DNA of 61,577 bases from Gammaproteobacteria bacterium (GCA_018061255.1 JAGOUN010000003.1:1-61577); one strand, 5' to 3'; positions 7,993 through 18,392 are shown, numbered from the stretch's first letter. The notes: generated from the letters alone by a model not told the origin. Numbers and translations: made by a program.

Positions 7993-9912
7993 TTAATGTT
8001 TATTCTGATGGCGACGGTACAACATTTTAGCCCTCAAATAAATCCACAATAAAAAAAGTCGCTGCTTTTTAAAGATTAATTTCAACGGCTGCTGATAGTA
8101 TTGAGCAAGAAAATAATATTCATCGCGGCGTGTTAACCCTATTCCTATGGCAGAAAAATACAATCCCGATAAATCTTTCGCCCTCCAACGCAACGGTATT
8201 TTTTTGCGAATTTGCACACGATGCAAGTCAATTAAATAGAGATCAAAATCTGCTTCGCTACGACTCGCTAAAAGCAAGTGACATAAATAGAAATCACGGT
8301 GATTCATTCCTGCTTCATGCATTTTTCTAGCAATTTCCGCAACACGACGTATCAAGCGTCGCTTAAAGACAAAAGAGGGCGGCTGTGTTGGCCAAGTCTG
8401 GCAAAGTTTTTCTAAATCATACTGATAATATATTCGCTTAGTTACAATAAACGAGCATATTTTAGCAGGATTCACCCCGTCAGTAGCATAAGCGCACACT
8501 TGAGGAACTAAAATTTCAGCCTTCTCCATTGCACGAATTGCTTTATATTCCTGCTTTGCACCAAGAGCGGCAGATTTAAGGACTAAAACATTTTTTAAAA
8601 TTTCTCTCCAACCAACACCATGATGCATTTTGATAAAGTAGCTCTTTCCTGCTATCACCGCAGAAATAGTTTTCCTGCTTTTCACTTGTCTGTAGGTTTT
8701 TCCTTCTAAAGAAAAAACATAACGAATACACTCTTGCTTATTCTCAGGAAGAGCCCTCCTTAAAAATTCATCAATAAAAAAATCTCTAATATAATGCGTG
8801 TCTAATGTTTCTATATAATTTACAAGATGTTCATGAGACTGATACACACGCTCATCCATCTTATACTCACGTAAGTTTTTCTTGTATTCTCCTAAGATGC
8901 CGCTCTCCAGCATTTCTCTTAAAGAGTTTGTAAAAGTGACTTGAGAGAAAGGCTCATGCAAAATTTTTCCACCACGACCCTCTTCTATATAATCAGCGCA
9001 CCCGCATACTTCTGTGGTAAGAACGGGCAAATGATTAATCATAGACTCTAACAATACCTTTCCAGCCAACTCTAGTTTGGCAGGATGAACAAGCAAATCA
9101 GCACTGCTCATTAATTCATAGACGTTATCAGAAGCTCCCAAAAAATCCACTCGCGTTTTAATACTATATTTATTTAAATATGCCTTATAAGAAGAGCTAT
9201 CATCATGACCCACAACCGACAAAACTATTTTATCCGAAAAAGACTCATCCATGTTCTGGATGGCTTCTAACACTCGCCCCAGGCCCTTAAGAGCATAATC
9301 AGACGCTACAAATAAAATCCAAATCTTACTGTTCGATATCTTGTACGTTTCTCTTGTGATATTTTTAATAACCAGCGCTTCTTCATCAGAAAATAAACGC
9401 CTTTCTACTCCTGGAAATAAAAAATGAAATCTGTCATTTTTTGTTTTGTAAAATTTTTGGTAGACCTCTTTCTCTCTTGGAGAAATCAATAAAACCTCCG
9501 TATTACTTTTCTCAGAAAATAATTTTTTCTCTAGCAAACAAAATGTAAAATACCTTGGGAGGTAACGCATAATGGGAATTGCTTTATCTTCAAGGTGCTG
9601 AGCAAAACAATTTTCTCCCGTAAAGTAAATATCTAGACCAGAAATCTTATTAAATCCCACTATGCGATCATAAGAATTTTCATCAAATATTTTTTTTAAT
9701 TTTGAACCAAATGACATGGCTCGACCATGATTGGTGAGACCGCTTACTGCAACAATCTTAACCGCTGCTCCCTCAGGAAAATCTCCTTCCCAATGCATAG
9801 TATATATATCAACTTCGTGCCCACGAGCGATGGCAATTTCTGTGGAACTATACATATCTCGCTGTAAACCACCATAAGGAAAATACTTAAAAATACAAAA
9901 TGCAAGCTTCAT
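7993..9912 (-). CDS. Fusion protein: WaaG-like LPS core glycosyltransferase (GT4) plus WaaP-like LPS core heptose kinase
   Basis: The N-terminal ~370 aa resemble E. coli WaaG (MKLAFCIFKYFPYGGLQRD, LLVHPAKLELAGKVLLESMINHLPVLTTEVCG). The C-terminal ~260 aa resemble WaaP (GKSYFIKMH, HEAGMNHRDFYLCHLLL, YLIDLHR, RWRAKDLSGLYFS). One uninterrupted ORF. Confidence 0.85.
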   Translation of the reverse strand: MKLAFCIFKYFPYGGLQRDMYSSTEIAIARGHEVDIYTMHWEGDFPEGAAVKIVAVSGLTNHGRAMSFGSKLKKIFDENSYDRIVGFNKISGLDIYFTGENCFAQHLEDKAIPIMRYLPRYFTFCLLEKKLFSEKSNTEVLLISPREKEVYQKFYKTKNDRFHFLFPGVERRLFSDEEALVIKNITRETYKISNSKIWILFVASDYALKGLGRVLEAIQNMDESFSDKIVLSVVGHDDSSSYKAYLNKYSIKTRVDFLGASDNVYELMSSADLLVHPAKLELAGKVLLESMINHLPVLTTEVCGCADYIEEGRGGKILHEPFSQVTFTNSLREMLESGILGEYKKNLREYKMDERVYQSHEHLVNYIETLDTHYIRDFFIDEFLRRALPENKQECIRYVFSLEGKTYRQVKSRKTISAVIAGKSYFIKMHHGVGWREILKNVLVLKSAALGAKQEYKAIRAMEKAEILVPQVCAYATDGVNPAKICSFIVTKRIYYQYDLEKLCQTWPTQPPSFVFKRRLIRRVAEIARKMHEAGMNHRDFYLCHLLLASRSEADFDLYLIDLHRVQIRKKIPLRWRAKDLSGLYFSAIGIGLTRRDEYYFLAQYYQQPLKLIFKKQRLFLLWIYLRAKMLYRRHQNKH

Positions 9913-10940
9913 TAATGTTTCCCAATATTCATATTCATCAATTGGCTCATCACCAAACTAGGAGGTAGTGTCGTAAAACATGCCGGCCACTCAGACGAAG
10001 GTTCGACATAATGGCACCGCCTCTTCAAACATGGAGAGCAAGAAAAATTTGCCGCCAAATTAATTTGTTTCTCGCCCATCACTCCGGTTTTCTCTGGATC
10101 AGTCGGCCCAAACAACGCAATAGTAGGAACATTTAATGCGGAAGCTAAATGACAGAGTCCTGTATCTACAGCGACTACCGCACTGGCATTTGCAATCTCC
10201 GGCACAAGGCCATTAATATCTAAATTAGCTAACACTTCTGCATAACATCCTTGTGCAATACGCATACTTCGCTCATATTCCTCTGATGTTCCCCAGGAAA
10301 ATTTCACTTTCAATTCGCGCTCATTGAGCAACTGAGTCAATTTTTTCCAGTAACTTTCAGGCCAGTGTTTATTCGCCCAAGTGGTACCATGAAAAAAAAG
10401 AACATAGGGCTCTGATCTTACATGTAACCATCTGGTTTTATCCACCCCATAATCTGCCATTGCGAAGGGTCGGGGATAGTACAACGCCTGACTAAATAAA
10501 TGGCGCACTCGCTCAACGGCATGTTGCTGCCAAGAAACATCGTAACGATGTTGATAAAAATACGACGCCCATTTTTCACGTATACTATCAGATTGATACC
10601 CAGCGCGTGGCGCTTGAGCAAAGCGTGCCATCAACGCAGACTTCATCAACCCCTGGGCATCAATGACTAAATCATACGACTTCTGATTTAGCGTTGCATA
10701 AAAAAGCTTTAATGCGTTTACTATTTTGAATGGATTTTTTGACTTACTTTTCCGCCAACGACGTAACGCAATGGGAATAACACGATCAACCGCAGGATGC
10801 CACGCTGGAATCGCTTGAAATTTTTCTTCAACCACCCAGTCAAATACAATGCCGGGAATGGCGCGCATAGCATCTGTTAACGCCGGCAAAGTGTGAACAA
10901 CATCTCCCATGGAGGAGGTTTTAATAATGAGAACACGCAT
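9912..10940 (-). CDS. waaC: ADP-heptose:LPS heptosyltransferase I
   Basis: MRVLIIKTSSMGDVVHTLPALTDA and VDTGLCHLASALNVPTIALFGPT (GT9). ATG 10940 lies 1 nt after the waaF stop. The stop overlaps the next ATG (TAATG). Confidence 0.85.
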   Translation of the reverse strand: MRVLIIKTSSMGDVVHTLPALTDAMRAIPGIVFDWVVEEKFQAIPAWHPAVDRVIPIALRRWRKSKSKNPFKIVNALKLFYATLNQKSYDLVIDAQGLMKSALMARFAQAPRAGYQSDSIREKWASYFYQHRYDVSWQQHAVERVRHLFSQALYYPRPFAMADYGVDKTRWLHVRSEPYVLFFHGTTWANKHWPESYWKKLTQLLNERELKVKFSWGTSEEYERSMRIAQGCYAEVLANLDINGLVPEIANASAVVAVDTGLCHLASALNVPTIALFGPTDPEKTGVMGEKQINLAANFSCSPCLKRRCHYVEPSSEWPACFTTLPPSLVMSQLMNMNIGKH

Positions 10941-10941
10941 G

Positions 10942-11979
10942 TTATTCACCCACTTCCTTGATCACTTCTTGTGGAGTGATAGTTCGCAAACAATTGACAT
11001 GCTTGAGCGGACATTCTCGTTTAAAACAAGGCTTGCAAGGCAACGACTTCGATAGTATCACCGCTTTTACATTTAAAGGTGGTGTAAAATCCGGCGAACT
11101 TGAACCATAAATGGCAATTACTTTACGATCCAAGGCACAAGCAACGTGCATTAAGCCCGAGTCGTTACTCACTACTACTTGCGCTAATGACATTAAATCA
11201 ATTGCTTCTGCCAGTGTGGTTTGAGTTAAATCTAACGCAGGCACCGTTAAATTAACATTTATGCTATGTACTAACTCACCTTCTGCTTTGCCACCTAAAA
11301 TAGCCACTTGCCAATCACGACTTAAATAGTACTCAGCCACTTGAGAAAAATATTCTTGTGGCCAACGCTTAGAGGCACCATATTGCGCACCAGGACAAAG
11401 CATTAGTAATGGCTTGTTCGTCAATAATCCGTATTTTTTTATTACAAGATCACGCGCCGCAACATCGACTTGCAAGTGTGGATAAAAATCCTGGTGTAGG
11501 GGCAGGTCCTGTGCCTGCCCATGATTAGCCCCCAACGCTAAATAACGTTGCACCATCAAAGGATACCGCGCTTTATCTAGGACACGTCTATCATTCAGAA
11601 CACCATAACGCCATTCCCCGCGCCAGCCCGTTCTTTTGGGAATGCGCGCCCACCAAGGAATTAATGCTGACTTGAACGTATTAGGTAAAAGAATCGCATG
11701 ATCATACTTTTCCGCTCGCAATGAAACCCCAATTCGATAGCGCGTTACTAGATTTAATACCCCATGGCCCAGGGACATCACAATGGGACGACGCACCTCA
11801 GGCATGCGTGCTAGTACAGGATGACTCCACTCAGGTGCTAAAACATCAATAATACATTCTGGATCTTGCGACTTCAGATAACGGAACAAGGCGTTAGCCA
11901 TAACCATATCGCCTATCCAGGAAGGGCCAACAACAAGATATTTATACTCTTCGGCATTCGTTCTATCGAGTATAGTCAT
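10942..11979 (-). CDS. waaF: ADP-heptose:LPS heptosyltransferase II
   Basis: YLVVGPSWIGDMVMANALFRYLK, SNDSGLMHVACALDRKVIAIYGSSSP. GT9 family, adjacent to waaC. Confidence 0.85.
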   Translation of the reverse strand: MTILDRTNAEEYKYLVVGPSWIGDMVMANALFRYLKSQDPECIIDVLAPEWSHPVLARMPEVRRPIVMSLGHGVLNLVTRYRIGVSLRAEKYDHAILLPNTFKSALIPWWARIPKRTGWRGEWRYGVLNDRRVLDKARYPLMVQRYLALGANHGQAQDLPLHQDFYPHLQVDVAARDLVIKKYGLLTNKPLLMLCPGAQYGASKRWPQEYFSQVAEYYLSRDWQVAILGGKAEGELVHSINVNLTVPALDLTQTTLAEAIDLMSLAQVVVSNDSGLMHVACALDRKVIAIYGSSSPDFTPPLNVKAVILSKSLPCKPCFKRECPLKHVNCLRTITPQEVIKEVGE

Positions 11980-11982
11980 TAG

Positions 11983-12171
11983 CTACTCAATCAAGGTATA
12001 TTTAGCGCCACAATAGGGGCAATTCACTTCACCAACCTCTTCAATCGGCAGAAAAACCCTTGGATGAGAATCCCAAACACGCATTTTCTGAGTTGGGCAT
12101 GAGAGTGGCAGATCTTTATGAGTGATTTTATAATGATTTTCAGTATTCGGCCGCTTCAAAACGTCTGACAT
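11983..12171 (-). CDS. Small zinc-finger (zf-CHCC-like) protein
   Basis: 62 aa with LSCP...CPYCGAKYTL cysteine pairs. First gene of the tight zf-waaF-waaC-waaG/P run. Confidence 0.55.
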   Translation of the reverse strand: MSDVLKRPNTENHYKITHKDLPLSCPTQKMRVWDSHPRVFLPIEEVGEVNCPYCGAKYTLIE

Positions 12172-12269
12172 TGCACTTTTATCCTAGGTACAAAACAATG
12201 CCTAAGGGTACAAAATTCTTTTCAAAATAGCTATGGTAACAACGAGGAAATCAACGGAGCCAGCTCACC

Positions 12270-12824
12270 TTAATTTGTCTGACAAAAAAAACCATGATCT
12301 TTAATCAATTGAAGATAATGCGCAATTTGTTTCCCTGTTTCTTGATAAAAAGCAAGATCATGGCCATACATGTCACTAACATCTTGCAATGTTCCATTGG
12401 CACATTGACTTAACATAAATATTTTATTAGCCGCATGCGGATCTAAAGCAAGTAGCCGCTCTTTCTGAGCTGCGGTCATCGTCAATACAATACTCGCCGA
12501 GTCAATATCTGAAATAGTAATTGACTGGGCACGATGCATATCAATATTAGAAGCGTTATCCCATTGGTGCATAACTATAACAGCATTTTTTTCAGGCATA
12601 ATTTCATTTGGATTAACGTTCACGCCTCGTGAAAATGCTTCATAGCCATAGGTAGAAAAATCAAAAAACTCATTTGCCAAGCTTTCAGCCATTGGGCTTC
12701 TGCCGGTATTGCCTCCACAAACAAATAAAATACGTTGTGTATCACTAGCAAAAATCAAACTCAGCGGTAATAGCAATAACAATATGCCACATACCAGTCG
12801 TTTTTGTAGACTGTAATTCATCAT
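12270..12824 (-). CDS. Exported low-molecular-weight phosphotyrosine/arginine phosphatase-like protein
   Basis: Signal-peptide-like N-terminus (KRLVCGILLLLLPLSLIFASD) followed by a CX5R(S) P-loop ILFVCGGNTGRSPMAES. Overall layout resembles YwlE/LMW-PTP. Confidence 0.7.
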   Translation of the reverse strand: MMNYSLQKRLVCGILLLLLPLSLIFASDTQRILFVCGGNTGRSPMAESLANEFFDFSTYGYEAFSRGVNVNPNEIMPEKNAVIVMHQWDNASNIDMHRAQSITISDIDSASIVLTMTAAQKERLLALDPHAANKIFMLSQCANGTLQDVSDMYGHDLAFYQETGKQIAHYLQLIKDHGFFCQTN

Positions 12825-12968
12825 TTACCCTTACCAAAAATCATGGAGACTAGTTTATCCAACTCACCTATTTCTATCAATAAAATCATGGTAATCTGAC
12901 CCCTTGATTCTTTTCAATCTAAAATTCCGCGCTAGCATGTCTTATAAATTATATAATCTTTAGCGAAG

Positions 12969-13074
12969 CGTCATTGCGAGTACTCGAAGCAATCTATCTT
13001 TTCTTAAAATGCAGAAGCTGAAGTGTAATAATTTGAGAGATGAGAATGGATTGCTTCGAGTACTCGCAATGACG
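12969..13074. repeat. Palindromic repeat family A: perfect 26-bp inverted repeats with 54-bp spacer
   Basis: CGTCATTGCGAGTACTCGAAGCAATC at 12969-12994 and its exact reverse complement at 13049-13074. Confidence 0.9.
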
Positions 13075-13411
13075 ACAACTCAAGAATCTTTTTCTGAAGA
13101 TCTATAAAGCAGGAAAAATTTCATTACTTATAGTTAATTTCAGCGCTTCTCTATCATCATATAACGTTGTCGCTGCTTGTGTTTGCTGTTCTGATGGCCT
13201 ATACGATCCAAACATTTTTTATGCCTTTCTGCTAAAAGGAAGAAACATAACAAAAGTTTGAGAATAGAGGAATTAGAATATCAACGTAGCACCAAAAAAT
13301 AATGTCTGCTTTTATTCAAAGCTATTGTGATTTGTTATGATAAATTGCCCCGCTAGCGCCCCTTGAATGTTGACACACTTTGGCAAATATCACTTAACTA
13401 CTTGATTTATA

Positions 13412-13488
<77 letters not shown>

Positions 13489-13550
13489 TTTAAGCGGATA
13501 GCGCGGGATTCTACCATGAAGCACCGCGCGATAAAAAGAGCAATTTTCTC

Positions 13551-15431
13551 TTAATCTTCTTCTAAGAAGCTTCTTAATTGCTCTGAGCGAGAAGGATGGC
13601 GCAATTTGCGTAGCGCTTTGGCTTCAATTTGTCGAATACGTTCACGGGTTACGTCAAATTGTTTACCCACTTCTTCTAAGGTATGATCAGTGTTCATATT
13701 AATACCAAAACGCATGCGCAAGACCTTTGCTTCTCGTGGAGTTAAGCCACTGAGCACTGAACGAGTCGCTTCACCAAGCCCTTCATGAGTCGCACAGTCA
13801 ATTGGCGATTGCGCGCCAACATCCTCAATAAAATCTCCCAAATGTGAATCATCTTCACCGTCACCAATTGGCGTTTCCATGGAAATAGGTTCTTTTGCAA
13901 TTTTGAGCACTTTGCGAATCTTATCTTCCGGCATTTCCATTCGTTTTGCTAATTCTTCTGGTGTAGGCTCTAAACCGGTTTCTTGCAACACTTGTCTTGA
14001 AATACGATTCAATTTATTAATCGTTTCAATCATATGTACAGGAATTCGAATCGTGCGCGCTTGATCCGCAATGGAACGGGTAATCGCTTGTCGAATCCAC
14101 CAGGTAGCATAAGTCGAGAATTTATATCCTCTGCGGTATTCAAACTTATCAACGGCTTTCATCAAACCGATATTACCTTCCTGGATAAGATCTAAAAATT
14201 GTAACCCACGATTAGTATATTTTTTCGCAATTGAGATAACTAAACGCAAATTGGCTTCAACCATTTCTTTTTTAGCACGACGTGATTTTGCTTCGCCAAT
14301 AGACATGCGACGATTAATTTCTTTGATCTCGGTCACGGTTAAGCGCGCACGCTCTTCCATCGCAATTAATCGACTTTGCGCTTTTTGCACTTCTGGCTTT
14401 ACTTTAAGAAGCGCTTCTGCATTCGCACTGTCTTTTTTAATAAGACTATCAATCCATTCCAAATTCGTTTCATTTTTTGGAAGTGTCGTGACAAACGTCT
14501 TTCTCGCCATTTTTGCTTGCTTGACGCAAAGCTTCATAATTTGACGTTCTTGTTTGCGCACTTCTTCTAACATATTTCGCATCAATGCAATCAATAAATT
14601 GATTTGTCTTGGTGCTAATCGAAATTGTAAAAATTCTTCCGCCATTGCTTCGCATAGTTTTTTTGTCGTTTTATGCAACTTGCCATGTTTTAGTTCCGCT
14701 TCTACGGTTTTTTTGTGGCGCTTTCTTAACTCTTCGAAGTGTTGCGCTGCTACAATTGGATCTGGGCCAGTATCTTCTTCAGCAACCACCGCGACTTCAT
14801 CTTCTTCGTCAGCAATAACAGCGACTTCTTCTTCAATGACTGCATCTAATGCAATCACATCTCCTGGAGGTGTTTCAGAGAAATCTTCTTCTTCTTGATA
14901 ACTGTAACCAACAATAATATCGCCCAGCTTCACTTGCTCTAGCGCAACAAGATCATACTGCGCTAGCAATTGCGCAACAACCAGCGGCTGTGTTGCCAAA
15001 GATTGGGTGACTTGCTTGATCCCTTCTTCGATACGTTTTGCAATGACGATTTCGCCTTGGCGCGTGAGCAACTCAACGGTCCCCATTTCGCGCATATACA
15101 TACGCACCGGGTCAGAGGTGCGGTAATTTAAATCGGATTCATCAATAGAAATACCGCCTGAACCATCATCTCCATCATCTCCAGAAACTTCATCAGACAA
15201 AAGTAACTGGTCTGCATCGGGCGCAGTTTCATGCACACGGATGCCCATATCTTCAATTCTATGAATAAATTCTTCAATTTCTTCTGCTTCGACGACATGA
15301 GAGGGTAAGTTATCGTGCACGTCAGAATAAGTGAGGTAACCTTGCTCTTTTCCTCGTGTAATCAATAACTTAAGCTGAGAAGGATTGCCCTCAACAACGA
15401 CTTCTTGTTCGGTATTCGGTTTCATACTCAT
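13551..15431 (-). CDS. rpoD: RNA polymerase sigma-70 factor RpoD
   Basis: Acidic non-conserved region, region 2 ([12 protein letters not shown]), region 4 ([28 protein letters not shown]). ATGs at 15431 and 15425. Confidence 0.96.
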   Translation of the reverse strand: MSMKPNTEQEVVVEGNPSQLKLLITRGKEQGYLTYSDVHDNLPSHVVEAEEIEEFIHRIEDMGIRVHETAPDADQLLLSDEVSGDDGDDGSGGISIDESDLNYRTSDPVRMYMREMGTVELLTRQGEIVIAKRIEEGIKQVTQSLATQPLVVAQLLAQYDLVALEQVKLGDIIVGYSYQEEEDFSETPPGDVIALDAVIEEEVAVIADEEDEVAVVAEEDTGPDPIVAAQHFEELRKRHKKTVEAELKHGKLHKTTKKLCEAMAEEFLQFRLAPRQINLLIALMRNMLEEVRKQERQIMKLCVKQAKMARKTFVTTLPKNETNLEWIDSLIKKDSANAEALLKVKPEVQKAQSRLIAMEERARLTVTEIKEINRRMSIGEAKSRRAKKEMVEANLRLVISIAKKYTNRGLQFLDLIQEGNIGLMKAVDKFEYRRGYKFSTYATWWIRQAITRSIADQARTIRIPVHMIETINKLNRISRQVLQETGLEPTPEELAKRMEMPEDKIRKVLKIAKEPISMETPIGDGEDDSHLGDFIEDVGAQSPIDCATHEGLGEATRSVLSGLTPREAKVLRMRFGINMNTDHTLEEVGKQFDVTRERIRQIEAKALRKLRHPSRSEQLRSFLEED

Positions 15432-15551
15432 ATGCAATTTACTCTCTGATCCCCACTAAAGGGAAGTTGCGCCCTAGAAACAAAGCCGGCCATTATAATA
15501 TGGCTAGCGGCGGGATGCCAGTCTAATAGTTGTATAATTTTAATTCAAAAA

Positions 15552-17276
15552 TTAACGTGTCTTTAGCCATTGATTCAGTCTTTGTTTTTCATCGTCGGTC
15601 AAAGGTACTTTTTGGGCTTTTGCAATTAAAGCATCAATCTGTTGCGAAGCTTCTTCGCTCACCATCTTATGAATCGCATCTTGCAACTCTTGTTCTAATC
15701 CTTTTTCTGCAATGAGCAACGGTTGTGCTGAAAGCGCAATCAATTCTTTCCATTCAGCCTCGTCTCTCCAGCGCTCTAATATTCCAGAGGTCGTTATGGC
15801 TGGATGATCGTGAATTAATGCTAATAATTGTTTCAGCAATAAATGATTGGGAGAAGCGCCAACAATTGGCGTTGTAATGGATAAGGCATGACTGGGATAT
15901 TGCAAAATAATCGCCAGCGCTTTACGCAAATTCGAAGGCATCGTCGATAATGAAATTCGCGATAAAATAGCTGAGCCTGGGGCGGATGATGTTTTTATCA
16001 TTGCCATGATTTCTGACACCGGTAATCGTACTTGATGCGACAATTCTTGACATAAAATTCGCTGCAATTGCACATCGGTCATTGTTTGTAAAAACTGATT
16101 CGCATGATGCAATAATTGCGCGCGATTATCTGCGATATTTAAATTTAAGCCCTCTGATAAATGTTGAATGAAAAATTCCGACAAAGTCGCTGCTTGTTGT
16201 AGCGTTGCATCAAAATGTGCTTTGCCTTTTTGACGAATAAAGGTATCAGGATCTTCATTTTCAGGAAGAAAAACAAAGCGCAATGTTTTGTTGGATTTTA
16301 GCTTTGGCAGCGCTACGGTTAAAGCACGCCATGCGGCTTTTTTTCCTGCGCTATCACCATCAAAACAAAATATTAATTTATCGGTATAACGAAATAATAA
16401 TTGCAAATGCTGTTCCGTTGTCGCGGTTCCAAGCGTGCCGACAACATTGGTTACACCTTGCTGTACCAAGGCCAACACATCCATATAACCTTCAACAAGA
16501 ATGACTTCTTCTAAATTTTTATGCAATTTTAAGCACTGATAAATGCCATATAATTCATTACTTTTATGAAAAATCGGCGTCTCAGGCGAATTCAAATACT
16601 TAGGCTCACCTTGATCGATAATGCGCCCGCCGAATGCAATCACTCGGCCTTGCCTATCGTGAATAGGAAACATAATTCTATCGCGAAATTTATCAAAGGC
16701 TTTATTATGATCTTTTGGCGTCACAAGACCGGCAGTAATCATATCTTCAAGAGAAAATTTCTGATCCCTCAGGTGTTGGATTAGCGCATCCCAAGAATTC
16801 GGCGCAAAACCTAATGAAAATTGTTTCGCAACCACACCACTTAACCCACGATTAATCAAATAAGCTTTCGCACGTGCGGCTTGAGCATATTTTAATTGCA
16901 TTTCATAAAATTGAGTCGCTTGTCGCATTAACTCATAAAGGTCATTGCGCGGCTTCACTGGTACTGCCTGCATCACGGATTGTGGGATGGTTAAGTGAGC
17001 ACGTTTTGCTAATTCTGTTATGGCGTCAATAAAGCTCATGTGATCATGCTCTATCAAAAAACTAATGGCGTTGCCACCAACGCCACAACCAAAGCAATGA
17101 TAAATTTGCTTTGCAGGACTGACCACAAAAGAAGGAGATTTTTCATCATGAAACGGGCAACAGGCTTTATAGTTTGCACCCAGTTTTTTCAGGGATACCA
17201 CATTATCGATAACATCAACAATGTTAGTTTGATTGAGGACTTGATCGATGAATTCTCTAGGGATATGTAAGCTCAT
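15552..17276 (-). CDS. dnaG: DNA primase
   Basis: Zinc ribbon CCPFHDEKSPSFVV...YHCFGCG, Toprim EGYMDV...DGDSAGKKAA. Confidence 0.96.
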   Translation of the reverse strand: MSLHIPREFIDQVLNQTNIVDVIDNVVSLKKLGANYKACCPFHDEKSPSFVVSPAKQIYHCFGCGVGGNAISFLIEHDHMSFIDAITELAKRAHLTIPQSVMQAVPVKPRNDLYELMRQATQFYEMQLKYAQAARAKAYLINRGLSGVVAKQFSLGFAPNSWDALIQHLRDQKFSLEDMITAGLVTPKDHNKAFDKFRDRIMFPIHDRQGRVIAFGGRIIDQGEPKYLNSPETPIFHKSNELYGIYQCLKLHKNLEEVILVEGYMDVLALVQQGVTNVVGTLGTATTEQHLQLLFRYTDKLIFCFDGDSAGKKAAWRALTVALPKLKSNKTLRFVFLPENEDPDTFIRQKGKAHFDATLQQAATLSEFFIQHLSEGLNLNIADNRAQLLHHANQFLQTMTDVQLQRILCQELSHQVRLPVSEIMAMIKTSSAPGSAILSRISLSTMPSNLRKALAIILQYPSHALSITTPIVGASPNHLLLKQLLALIHDHPAITTSGILERWRDEAEWKELIALSAQPLLIAEKGLEQELQDAIHKMVSEEASQQIDALIAKAQKVPLTDDEKQRLNQWLKTR

Positions 17277-17306
17277 GATGTATCCGCAAAAAAAAGCAAA
17301 AGCGAC

Positions 17307-17415
17307 TGTGTCATACCAGCGCAGGCTGGTACCCAGTCTTAAGAATCTTTATCATGCCCAGCGTCTTTTCTAAGACTGGGCCCCAGCCTACGCTGGGGTG
17401 ACATAATAGTTGGTG
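17307..17415. repeat. Palindromic repeat family B (complete copy) between yqeY and dnaG
   Basis: GTGTCATACCAGCGCAGGCTGGTACCCAGTCTTAAGAA pairs imperfectly with TTCTAAGACTGGGCCCCAGCCTACGCTGGGGTGACAT. The tail AATAGTTGG is shared with the copies at 30441 and 45531. Confidence 0.85.
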
Positions 17416-17470
17416 AAATTCAAGATAAAAAAGACATCACCACAATTTACTAAGAGATAAAAGCCGAGCG

Positions 17471-17923
17471 CTAAGGCGTCAAAAGCTTCTTCACTTTCTG
17501 CCCAACAACCGCCATATCCGCGCGTCCGCCTAATTTGAGTTTGAGCTCCGTCATGACCTTGCCCATATCTTTTGCCGAACTTGCCTGCAAAGAGGTAATC
17601 ATCTCTTGGATCGTTGCATCAACTTCTTCATCAGAAACTTGAGCAGGCAAAAACTCTTCCAGCACTTTAATTTCTGCAAACTCTTTTTCTGACAAATCGG
17701 TTCGGCCGGCTGTTAAAAATTGACCGGCTGCTTCTTTGCGTTGTTTGATCATTTTGACTAAAATGTCAACAATCTGAGCGTCATTAAGCTCAATACGCTC
17801 ATCCACTTCCTTTTGCTTAATAGCAGCGGTTGTCATCCGAAGGGTGCTTAAGCGCTCCTTGGCTTGTGCGCGCATCGCATCTTTAACTGCTTCAGTAATC
17901 TTGAGTTTTAAGGTCTCTGACAT
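17471..17923 (-). CDS. yqeY: GatB/YqeY domain protein
   Basis: TEAVKDAMRAQAKERLSTLRM...KQRKEAA...GRTDLSEKEFAEIKVLEEFLP is typical of the YqeY family. ATG at 17923. Confidence 0.85.
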   Translation of the reverse strand: MSETLKLKITEAVKDAMRAQAKERLSTLRMTTAAIKQKEVDERIELNDAQIVDILVKMIKQRKEAAGQFLTAGRTDLSEKEFAEIKVLEEFLPAQVSDEEVDATIQEMITSLQASSAKDMGKVMTELKLKLGGRADMAVVGQKVKKLLTP

Positions 17924-17944
17924 GAACAATACCTTAATATCAAA

Positions 17945-18169
17945 TTAATATTTGCGTTCTACAAAAGCCGCTTGTGGATCTCTGGATAAACGCTTCAAAT
18001 GACGCTTTCTTGCCGCTAATTTCTCGCGTTTACGCGCTTGACTGGGCTTTTCATAACCTTCGTTACGACGTCTAACTTCTTGGGTGATTCCCGCTTTTTC
18101 ACAAGCACGTTTAAAACGACGCAAACTGATATCAAACGGTTCATTTTCTCTTACACGGATCAACGGCAT
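17945..18169 (-). CDS. rpsU: 30S ribosomal protein S21
   Basis: [30 protein letters not shown] 18169 is preceded by GAGAGGA. The ORF-track N-terminal extension is spurious. Confidence 0.93.
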   Translation of the reverse strand: MPLIRVRENEPFDISLRRFKRACEKAGITQEVRRRNEGYEKPSQARKREKLAARKRHLKRLSRDPQAAFVERKY

Positions 18170-18279
18170 TAAAATTCCTCTCTTTGACTGAATAAAATCG
18201 ATAAAAGTCGCCAATTGTACTTGCTCAAATACCCTAATGTAAAGCAGCATCTTTTTAATGGACTGAGCTTAGGTTTACA

Positions 18280-18366
18280 TGGTGCCGAGAAGAGGACTCG
18301 AACCTCCACAGAGTTACCTCCACAAGCATCTGAGGCTTGCGTGTCTACCAGTTTCACCATCTCGGC
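18280..18366 (-). tRNA. tRNA-Leu (CAG)
   Basis: The 87-nt reverse complement GCCGAGATGGTGAAACTGGTAGACACGCAAGCCTCAGATGCTTGTGGAGGTAACTCTGTGGAGGTTCGAGTCCTCTTCTCGGCACCA has a long variable arm, anticodon loop CUCAGAU and an encoded CCA end. Confidence 0.88.
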
Positions 18367-18392
18367 TTTAGTGGTAAGGATATCGCATACAA

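Noticed and set aside
12825-13411. Possible CRISPR array or genomic island next to the tRNA genes
   Set aside because: The repeats here are single inverted pairs, not regularly spaced direct repeats. No cas, integrase or direct repeat of a tRNA 3' end was seen near either tRNA.
14251-14898. Several plus-strand ORFs (97, 64, 114, 69 aa) inside rpoD
   Set aside because: They are antisense to a highly conserved sigma-70 gene and have low-complexity translations with no start context. They are typical shadow ORFs of the acidic/charged rpoD region.
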